Source: a virus
IMG/VR virus record: IMGVR_UViG_3300005253_000004
Span: 32,001-96,000 of that record
Strand: one strand, 5' to 3'
DNA length: 64,000 nucleotides
The translations under genes were made by a program, and so were the position numbers. This document shows, in pieces, positions 57,414 through 64,000 of the stretch (the first letter of the stretch is position 1; each line of letters opens with the position of its first letter). A model generated the notes under the pieces. That model had not been told where the DNA came from, did no database searches, and saw nothing but the letters and a program-made list of their open reading frames with translations.

Positions 57414-57724
57414 GCTAATCCCTCGTCGCCTGTCCCTAAGCCATCGCTCCAGATGGCTCGAAGTCCATTTTCGTCTTCTGAGTCCCATATTTCTTTGCAT
57501 CCTGTACAGTAATACCAGCCGTGAGTAAAGTCCCATCGGACCCTTTCAGTCAGGATCACCCATGTTGAGGGGTCCCCTGTATCTAAATCTTGCTCACAGA
57601 TATGCAGAAGGGGCTGTACCCCCTCGTTATCATGCAGGTTCGGATCTCTGACAAACCACGCATCCTTAGGGAGTTCCTTGACTGGAACCTTGTAAACACC
57701 AGTACCCTCTATCCATTCTTCCAT
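57410..57724 (-). CDS. divergent Zn-finger family member, probably leaderless
   Basis: DAWFV..LLHIC..CTGC..NGLRAIW; ATG 7 nt after -10 box. Confidence 0.7.
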   Translation of the reverse strand: MEEWIEGTGVYKVPVKELPKDAWFVRDPNLHDNEGVQPLLHICEQDLDTGDPSTWVILTERVRWDFTHGWYYCTGCKEIWDSEDENGLRAIWSDGLGTGDEGLA

Positions 57725-57730
57725 ATCTTC

Positions 57731-57759
57731 ATTATAGCTTTTCTTTCAAACTTTTGCAA
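57731..57759 (-). promoter_or_regulatory. conserved phage promoter copy 4
   Basis: TTGCAA AAGTTTGAAAGAAAAGC TATAAT. Confidence 0.85.
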
Positions 57760-57770
57760 CCCCCGAAAGC

Positions 57771-57799
57771 TTGCAATTTTCTGCGGGATAAGCTATAAT
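57771..57799 (+). promoter_or_regulatory. divergent promoter TTGCAA-N17-TATAAT
   Basis: TTGCAA TTTTCTGCGGGATAAGC TATAAT at the strand switch. Confidence 0.8.
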
Positions 57800-57806
57800 G
57801 GTATAC

Positions 57807-57845
57807 GTGCAAAGAAAAAGGAGAATTCCTATAATTAAGTAGGAG
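57807..57845 (+). promoter_or_regulatory. rightward promoter, AATTCCTATAATTA(A/G)GTAGGAG class
   Basis: GTGCAA-N17-TATAAT; motif repeated near 60013. Confidence 0.65.
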
Positions 57846-58201
57846 CAACGATATCCACCCAGGAGACTCCAGTCTCCCTGCTTCGCGAGGACGTGCCAAT
57901 CTAGAGGTACGGTCATGGGACAGCCCAGCAGAGTTTACCTCGCGCAGCCTTTTAGGAGAATCATGATACTCTTTTTCAAATACTGGATCGAAGTCCTGAA
58001 ACTGACCAAGGATCAGGCGTATAGGGTGCTCTACAGGTTCGTCCGGTTTTCGGCAGGTACAAAGGAAGATGACGTTGTATAGGAGGCAACTCGTATGCTT
58101 AACGAACTTCAACTCAGAAGAAGGAGGTGATCTTTGTTTACGGGCCGTGGTGGCTCCGTGTACAGGTCACCATGGTCCGCCCCTCGGGGCACAGGGAGAA
58201 T

Positions 58202-58678
58202 ATGAGTGATCAAGTAGTCCGTTATGAGACGGAAGAAGAGTACATCGAATATACAAATCATCGCCGCTGGCTCGCTACTGGTACACTGGTATCCTTCCCT
58301 GATTGGGCCAAGGATCCGGATGCTTACTGGAACGCGCACGCTGCCTACATACAGAAGCACCCCACCGCTGTCTTAGAGATGTGGACGCTGCTTCATAAAG
58401 AGCACATTGACCCCGGCACAGGCGAACTCCTCAGTCAAGACTGCAGTTATACCACTCTTGCGTATGAAAATCTTGAGATAGGGAAAGTTTCTAGACAGCT
58501 CGTCAGAGACAACGAGCTGTCGGATCCAGGTACCCCTGTGTCTATAGAGTTTAGCGACATCAAAGAAGCACAGAAAATGAGAGCGTTTCTGATGCAAGGA
58601 ACGCCAGGATATTATTACGATATTAAGCATCGGGTGGGTGTGGCTATCATAGACAGGGAGACCAAAAATGCTGAATAA
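58202..58678 (+). CDS. hypothetical protein
   Basis: Start re-called at MSDQVV (GGGAG). Confidence 0.7.
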   Translation: MSDQVVRYETEEEYIEYTNHRRWLATGTLVSFPDWAKDPDAYWNAHAAYIQKHPTAVLEMWTLLHKEHIDPGTGELLSQDCSYTTLAYENLEIGKVSRQLVRDNELSDPGTPVSIEFSDIKEAQKMRAFLMQGTPGYYYDIKHRVGVAIIDRETKNAE

Positions 58679-59108
58679 AATGTTGAAGAGGTTTTGGGCT
58701 AAGGTTAAACAAGGACCTGGATGCTGGGAGTGGCAGGCTGTCTGTTTTCCCGATGGGTATGGTGCTTTTAGATTGAAAGGTTCGATGCAAGGTGCTCATC
58801 GTGTGTCTTATGCGATGGGGCATGATATTCCCAAAGGTATGTGTGTCTTACATACCTGCGATAACAGACTATGCGTAAGGCCCTCACATTTGTTCTTAGG
58901 AACAAAAGCCGACAACATGGCTGACAGAGACGCCAAAGGGCGGCAAGCAAGAGGGGTTCATAACGGAAAAGCAAAGCTTACTGAAGCACAAGTGAGAAGT
59001 ATCCGCTCTGATCTTAGATCGCTGCGTGTGATAGCCGAAGATTATGAGGTGTTTCATACCACAATAGGATGCATTAAACGACGTGAAACCTGGAAGCACG
59101 TCAACTGA
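58668..59108 (+). CDS. HNH homing endonuclease (paralog of 29520)
   Basis: CWEW..AHRVSYAM..VLHTCDNRLCVRPSHL. Confidence 0.9.
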   Translation: MLNKMLKRFWAKVKQGPGCWEWQAVCFPDGYGAFRLKGSMQGAHRVSYAMGHDIPKGMCVLHTCDNRLCVRPSHLFLGTKADNMADRDAKGRQARGVHNGKAKLTEAQVRSIRSDLRSLRVIAEDYEVFHTTIGCIKRRETWKHVN

Positions 59109-59138
59109 AAGAGGCTGTTGTTGACAAGGAGATCAAAG

Positions 59139-59885
59139 ATGATGGGTAATTTGTTTAAGAAAGAACTGACGAAAATGGCAGAGGACCAAACCTTTAATGT
59201 CGCCGCACCCGGTGCCTACTACACCTCCACAGGGAACGACCCGAACAGGAGTCACGGTGCTGTGGTCGCCAACATCCATACCAAGCACGGAAAAGGCTTC
59301 TGGTCTCATATCCAGATCCATGCAGATGATTTCATTCAATATAAGCTGTTTAACGGGGTACGTCTCGGGATGCTTCTATACAAACTAAAGCTCCATGAGC
59401 CTCGGGATGAAGAAGGTTTACGCCCTGACTGGCACTACATCAAGAATCAAGAGAATGCTAACGCGAAGCTGGAGGCTACTCTTGGGAAGACCTTCCTAGC
59501 AATTGATGAAGATATCTCCGAATGGGCTGCTAAGGAGCAAGAAGGCAAAGGCCATAGAAAATTCATCAAAAGCATCGCCAAAACGGATCCGGAGAACCTG
59601 AAGATGATCGCTGGACTGAAGGACCTCCACGATGGGATGGAGGCCCCGTTGGGGGACCACAACCCGGAGAATTCCCAGCCTATGTCGAGCGGCACTGTCC
59701 CGACTATTACTGGACCGGTTTCCGCCGGAGTGGTCTATAACTACCAGCCACAGCCCGCTGGGTTATCCGTGGGATCAGAAACTCTTATCTCGGTAGACCC
59801 TGAGAGTAACGTCACGCTCGGCGACGGTATGAAGAAAGCTATCAGGGACGTGCTAGACGAACCTGAGACTGGCAAGGCTCCATAA
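59139..59885 (+). CDS. hypothetical protein
   Basis: AAGGAG RBS, about 248 aa. Confidence 0.75.
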   Translation: MMGNLFKKELTKMAEDQTFNVAAPGAYYTSTGNDPNRSHGAVVANIHTKHGKGFWSHIQIHADDFIQYKLFNGVRLGMLLYKLKLHEPRDEEGLRPDWHYIKNQENANAKLEATLGKTFLAIDEDISEWAAKEQEGKGHRKFIKSIAKTDPENLKMIAGLKDLHDGMEAPLGDHNPENSQPMSSGTVPTITGPVSAGVVYNYQPQPAGLSVGSETLISVDPESNVTLGDGMKKAIRDVLDEPETGKAP

Positions 59886-59995
59886 AGGGGCCCGAAGGGC
59901 GCGCCCTGCGTAAAGGGTGCAGTGCGAAGATGGAGTCGCTACCCCATCTTAGGACCGTAAGACCTCCTTGGCTATTGGTACGCTGGGGAGGTTTC

Positions 59996-60034
59996 TGGCA
60001 TTTAAGGTAGAAAATTCCTATAATTAGGTAGGAG
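59996..60034 (+). promoter_or_regulatory. rightward promoter, second copy of AATTCCTATAATTA.GTAGGAG
   Basis: TGGCAT-N17-TATAAT then RBS. Confidence 0.65.
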
Positions 60035-60041
60035 GGTTGTT

Positions 60042-60389
60042 ATGAGTAAGACCAGTAAAATCGCTGTTTTAGATGAACGAAATGCCGAAGTGCTTGTAGA
60101 GCTTATTTGCGGTCCAAACATTAGCGAGACACTGAGAATTCAAGCTATGTCTAAGTTGACCGAATCTAATAAAGACGACACGTTTTTTACCACCATGTTC
60201 AAAGAGAAATTGGATTGGGGGAAATGCCCCCACTGCAGCCATGAAAACTTCTGGCTGACGCCCGAAGACCAAAGCAATCAGATGGGCTGGGTGAGCCACA
60301 AAGAAGACAAGCGAGTGCCTGAAAATACGGATGCAAAGTCGTGTCCTCTTTACGAACAAGCTTGCAAAAAGAAGCGGATAGTAACGTGA
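60042..60389 (+). CDS. zinc-binding hypothetical protein
   Basis: CPHC..CP....C. Confidence 0.7.
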   Translation: MSKTSKIAVLDERNAEVLVELICGPNISETLRIQAMSKLTESNKDDTFFTTMFKEKLDWGKCPHCSHENFWLTPEDQSNQMGWVSHKEDKRVPENTDAKSCPLYEQACKKKRIVT

Positions 60390-60961
60390 AATCTGCTTCT
60401 CAAAAACAGAGAGAGTATGCTGAGCGGCACCCTGAGAGAATAAAAGAGTATCGTAAACAATGGATAGAATCAGGTCGTTCTGCGGAATATCAGCGGCGGT
60501 GGAAGAAACAGAACCCTGAGAGTCACAAAAAGAACATGGATCGTTATAACGGTTCAGAGAAATCTAAGGCGTGTCAGAAAAGATACAACGATAATAATAA
60601 AGAAAAACGTAGAGCAGTAGGTCGACGCTGGTACCAGAAAAACAAAGAAAAAGCTAAGGCTCGTTCTGCTACTTATTTCAAGACACCAAAAGGCAGATTG
60701 GTGAAACGGGCATGTGATAACAAACGTAGAGGAGCAGGAGGCACCTTCACAGCCGAGGACATCAAAGATTTATACGCGACCCAGGGAGGTCGCTGTTACT
60801 ACTGTAGTGTTGAGATAGAAAGTGGGTACCACATCGAACATATGACTCCTTTGAGCAGAGGGGGAAGAAACGATGTGTCTAATATCTGTCTAGCTTGTGC
60901 GCCTTGCAACTTGCAGAAGCACACAAAGACGGCAGAAGAGTTCAAAGGAGAACAGAAATGA
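60386..60961 (+). CDS. HNH endonuclease with basic helical N-terminus
   Basis: CYYC..HIEHMTPLSRGG.N..SNICLACAPCNLQK. Confidence 0.9.
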   Translation: MKSASQKQREYAERHPERIKEYRKQWIESGRSAEYQRRWKKQNPESHKKNMDRYNGSEKSKACQKRYNDNNKEKRRAVGRRWYQKNKEKAKARSATYFKTPKGRLVKRACDNKRRGAGGTFTAEDIKDLYATQGGRCYYCSVEIESGYHIEHMTPLSRGGRNDVSNICLACAPCNLQKHTKTAEEFKGEQK

Positions 60962-61164
60962 AGAAAGGATTTCTCGCAGGATTGGTAGTGCTGGTGTTTG
61001 CGCTTGGGGGTTGTGGGACCCTCAGTTTTGGTCAGTTGGGTAGCGCCTTCTCGAAAGTAGGCGATGTGCTGTCTGATGAGTGCGCAGATGTTCCTACAAG
61101 CGAGGTTAAAAACTGCCTTGCGGCCCTCAAGGACAAGGTGACAGAAGACGAAGCGGTAGAGTAA
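60958..61164 (+). CDS. small lipoprotein
   Basis: MKKGFLAGLVVLVFALGGC lipobox. Confidence 0.75.
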   Translation: MKKGFLAGLVVLVFALGGCGTLSFGQLGSAFSKVGDVLSDECADVPTSEVKNCLAALKDKVTEDEAVE

Positions 61165-61165
61165 C

Positions 61166-61543
61166 ATGCTCGCAGAGCTAAGTATAGGCATAGCCTTAGG
61201 GTGCTTGGTCCATATGCCTAACTTCTGCTTAAAGGATGACGTGCGTATTAATGGTGCTCACCTTGACCCAGTGATGGTTCGGATCATCGATGTGGCCCGT
61301 GAAACAGCACCAATGTTGGAGAAGGGTACTGTCTGGATCACCAGCGCGAACGATAGCGAACATATGGAAGGTTCATTACATTTTAAGAATCGAGCCTTTG
61401 ATATTCGGATTAAGAATATTATCGGTGATGTTAAACACGAAGCAAGGTTATGGGCTGAGCGTATGCAGGTTTTATTGGGTGATAACTACGATGTACTACT
61501 GGAAAAGACCCACCTACATATTGAGTGGGACCCCAAGGAGTAA
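61166..61543 (+). CDS. peptidase M15-like endolysin
   Basis: ITS..D..H...SLH...AFDIR...HLHIEWD; hydrophobic N-terminus. Confidence 0.8.
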   Translation: MLAELSIGIALGCLVHMPNFCLKDDVRINGAHLDPVMVRIIDVARETAPMLEKGTVWITSANDSEHMEGSLHFKNRAFDIRIKNIIGDVKHEARLWAERMQVLLGDNYDVLLEKTHLHIEWDPKE

Positions 61544-61545
61544 CA

Positions 61546-61803
61546 ATGGTAAACGGAAATGGGTGGGTAAAACCGGTATTGATTGGGGTCGCTGTTCTTG
61601 TCTTAGCTTCGGCCGTTATTGGTAGTACTACGAATACGATTGCCAACTCGATAGGTCGGCGTGGGTTAGAAGTCGAAGTCAGCGCCATCAAAGAAGATGT
61701 TGACGAACAGAAAGAAGCAGTCAGAAGCATCCCTGTGATGGCTTCGCAGATTAAGGACATTAAAGCTGACGTTGGTAAGATCTTGGAGGAGCTAAGAAAA
61801 TGA
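61546..61803 (+). CDS. single-TM coiled-coil protein (holin or spanin candidate)
   Basis: TM then coiled coil, adjacent to endolysin. Confidence 0.6.
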   Translation: MVNGNGWVKPVLIGVAVLVLASAVIGSTTNTIANSIGRRGLEVEVSAIKEDVDEQKEAVRSIPVMASQIKDIKADVGKILEELRK

Positions 61804-61988
61804 ACGAACTGGAACTCACACAGAAGCTCCGAGAAAAGTACGTAGGAGACCTACCGAAGGCACACAAAGAGCGGAGTGTTGAGGATGCGCTGCAGGAGGC
61901 GCTAGACAACACCACCCCAGAGCGCGCAGGGGCACCGAATCAAAGCCACTATGCGTTTGAAGGTGATGACGAACTGGAGTGGATTTAA
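61800..61988 (+). CDS. hypothetical protein
   Basis: GGAGG RBS, coupled. Confidence 0.6.
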   Translation: MNELELTQKLREKYVGDLPKAHKERSVEDALQEALDNTTPERAGAPNQSHYAFEGDDELEWI

Positions 61989-62251
61989 TGATAAAAGAAC
62001 AAGACGAAGACCGAATCTCAAAAGGATTACTCGGAACGGCTGCGAACGCCTACGAACCCTCGTACAACACTCTGTCTAACCCTTACAACACACAAGCTAC
62101 GCGGGATGTGTCAGCAGGCAAGAGCGGCATCGTAGGGAATGCTAAAGCTGGTGACAAGGTGTACAACCCCGATACTGCTGTTCGGAAGAAGATCTCGCAG
62201 AAGATAAAACAACGTCATAAGAGATTCGTCAAGGAGCAAAAACGTGGCTAA
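61988..62251 (+). CDS. hypothetical protein
   Basis: TAATG-coupled. Confidence 0.6.
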   Translation: MIKEQDEDRISKGLLGTAANAYEPSYNTLSNPYNTQATRDVSAGKSGIVGNAKAGDKVYNPDTAVRKKISQKIKQRHKRFVKEQKRG

Positions 62252-62606
62252 CACGAAGGCTAGGGTTAAGGCGTTGTTGAGAGGGCCTACCGCTATAGGG
62301 TCTACTTCTAGCAACCTATTCACGAACGCCACTACAATGCAAGGTACCCTTTTAAGAGGGAGAAGCGCAAACACCGGTGGATACTCTAAAAGTAAACAGA
62401 CTGACCCGTGGAGCCTCGCAGCCCCAAGAAAAAGAGAAACAAGCGGCTATTCTTCTCCATATACAAACGAATTCGATTACACAGAGAACCGTGCGCGTGA
62501 AGCAGAGCGAATTAAGAATACACCTGCAACTACCACTGAGGAATTTCTGAAACAGAAGAAAAAGAAGACGGTTTTGAGTAAGCTGAATACGAATACAAAA
62601 CCGTAG
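62244..62606 (+). CDS. hypothetical protein
   Basis: AAGGAG RBS, GTG start. Confidence 0.6.
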   Translation: MANTKARVKALLRGPTAIGSTSSNLFTNATTMQGTLLRGRSANTGGYSKSKQTDPWSLAAPRKRETSGYSSPYTNEFDYTENRAREAERIKNTPATTTEEFLKQKKKKTVLSKLNTNTKP

Positions 62607-62621
62607 CATGGCGAGGGAGAT

Positions 62622-64000
62622 ATGCCGAACAAGAGTACGACAAAGAACGCTCCGCGTAAGAAGGCGAAGCTAAAAGCATCTGAGAAGAAGTTCGCGGAGC
62701 TGATGGTCCTCGATAAGATGGGGTGCATCGAAGCCGCACGCTTGGCGTTCGGGTGGCCTTGCGAGCCTAAGTCGTCCACTGCACAGAAAGCCGTTAATCT
62801 TAACCGCGCCCAGCGGATCATCAAATACAAATTCCAAATAGCCCAGAAGCTTGACCAAGAAGTCACTGCTCAGCAGGTGTTGTCTGATACGTCGAATATT
62901 GAGTTCGACAGCCTGCGGCAGTTCATTTACCGCCGCCTGGAGGGTATCCGAGACGACCCCAACGCCCATGGGAACAGCCGCTTCAAGGCTATCGCCGCTC
63001 TGGAGAAGATGGTAGACCCTAGTGCAGATGTGAACCTCATCCTCATGTGGGTGGACATGATGTGGCGGGCTTCCATGGCGCACTGCCCTTGCTGCCACAA
63101 GACCTTTCCTTTGCGACATATCAAGAACGAGAAACTCAACAAGTTTCGTGAAGACGTGGACTTGGCTCCAGACGAAGAGGCGGAGACTCTGCTTGACCGC
63201 CGCATGACCATCCTAACTAGAGCTGATAACCGGAAGAAGCCACACCCCGGACAGATTATAGCACTCAACGCTCCAGAGCGCAACATCGCGGGCCTCGGGC
63301 CTGCGAGGTGTGGCAAATCGCTATTGCTCGCTATGTTCGCCTTGTTGGCGTTCTTGATCCCTGGCGTGGAGGTGTGGATCCTGGCCCGTATCTATGCTGA
63401 TGCCGCTTCTGAGGTGGAATACCTCGACAAGTTCTTGAACACCCTGTTCTTTCCGTACACAAAACACATTATCACCCGCAGGTACGATAGCAAGACCGAG
63501 GAGCTGACCCTTGAATCTAAGTGGGGCTCCGTGCTGAAGATCAAATCAGCTAAAGCCAAGGGATCCATCTCTGGTAGGGAACTGGAGCTAGCGTTGGTCG
63601 CTGAGCCCGGTTGGGTACCAGATGACATATATAATCACCTCCGAGCGCGGATGACGTCCCGGTTGGGCAGGACGCTGCTCTTCGGTACTCCGCAGGGTTT
63701 CGGCGGGATCCTTGGCAGGTTCACACAGATGACCGGGAAAGACGGGCAAGGGCGAGCACGGCGGATACCTACCAACGAGCGTACTATTGAAGCAGGGTGC
63801 CCTTGGAACATCTCTCTTCTCAAGTACAGTATGGATCCTACAGAGAACCCTGAGTACGTCGCTTCTGAGCTGGCGGCGGCACGGCAGGAATTAACGGAGT
63901 CGGAGTTCGCCTCGGAGTTTGAAGGGTTGATGGCGTCTGCGGAAGGTGCGATCTTCGCTCAGCTTCAAGAACGCCATATGACAGTGATACCCCGTGACCT
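62622..64000 (+). CDS. terL: terminase large subunit with TerS-like N-terminal extension (partial)
   Basis: Not in ORF track; open to window end: PHPGQ, GPARCGKS (Walker A), GRELELALVAE (Walker B), FGTPQG, ENP. Confidence 0.9.
   Translation, partial: MPNKSTTKNAPRKKAKLKASEKKFAELMVLDKMGCIEAARLAFGWPCEPKSSTAQKAVNLNRAQRIIKYKFQIAQKLDQEVTAQQVLSDTSNIEFDSLRQFIYRRLEGIRDDPNAHGNSRFKAIAALEKMVDPSADVNLILMWVDMMWRASMAHCPCCHKTFPLRHIKNEKLNKFREDVDLAPDEEAETLLDRRMTILTRADNRKKPHPGQIIALNAPERNIAGLGPARCGKSLLLAMFALLAFLIPGVEVWILARIYADAASEVEYLDKFLNTLFFPYTKHIITRRYDSKTEELTLESKWGSVLKIKSAKAKGSISGRELELALVAEPGWVPDDIYNHLRARMTSRLGRTLLFGTPQGFGGILGRFTQMTGKDGQGRARRIPTNERTIEAGCPWNISLLKYSMDPTENPEYVASELAAARQELTESEFASEFEGLMASAEGAIFAQLQERHMTVIPRD

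Noticed and set aside
140-57700. Many plus-strand ORFs in the track (e.g. 441, 16424, 23856, 27654)
   Set aside because: Antisense shadows of well-supported minus-strand genes; no RBS or motifs seen.
52826-57724. Diversity-generating retroelement or integron behind the paralog array
   Set aside because: No reverse transcriptase, integrase, TR/VR pair or attC-like spacers in the window; genes overlap directly.
59886-59996. tRNA gene
   Set aside because: No TTCGA T-loop or cloverleaf acceptor stem.
29520-60961. HNH nucleases as a novel system
   Set aside because: Ordinary free-standing phage endonucleases; no intron or interrupted host gene seen.
62352-63823. Minus-strand ORFs at the right end
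   Set aside because: Shadows of the plus-strand late genes and terminase.
1-64000. Genome-wide TAG recoding
   Set aside because: Long genes are uninterrupted and TAG terminates several (SSB, helicase, UvsY-like); only one internal TAG was noticed.

Overview
64 kb of a large, apparently lytic dsDNA bacteriophage genome (no integrase, tRNA or CRISPR array seen). Bases 1-57.7 kb are transcribed leftward (minus strand). They carry glycosyltransferases, nucleotide-metabolism genes, ClpP, a T4/SPO1-style replication-recombination set (SbcCD/gp46-47, RecA/UvsX, gp32-like SSB, UvsY-like protein, UDG-PolA fusion, primase, DnaB helicase, SF2 helicase, ATP-dependent ligase), RtcB, a sigma-70-like factor, a MoxR-AAA/VWA-metallopeptidase pair and many small early genes. 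A back-to-back promoter pair at 57.73-57.80 kb marks the strand switch to a rightward late region (HNH nucleases, M15-type endolysin, membrane proteins, and a terminase with a TerS-like N-terminus running off the window). The most striking unexplained feature is a family of about 35 paralogous small zinc-binding proteins (GxW...Hx[C/H]...CxxC-x4-P-[E/D]G[I/L/M]x[G/A]...) with a constant scaffold and hypervariable loops. Fifteen lie at 52.8-57.7 kb (12 in an unbroken run) and the rest are interleaved among core genes. Also notable: repeated structured intercistronic RNA elements in the early region, a four-copy promoter with a conserved spacer, and duplication scars of gene acquisition. All calls come from reading the sequence by eye; no database searches or folding programs were run.
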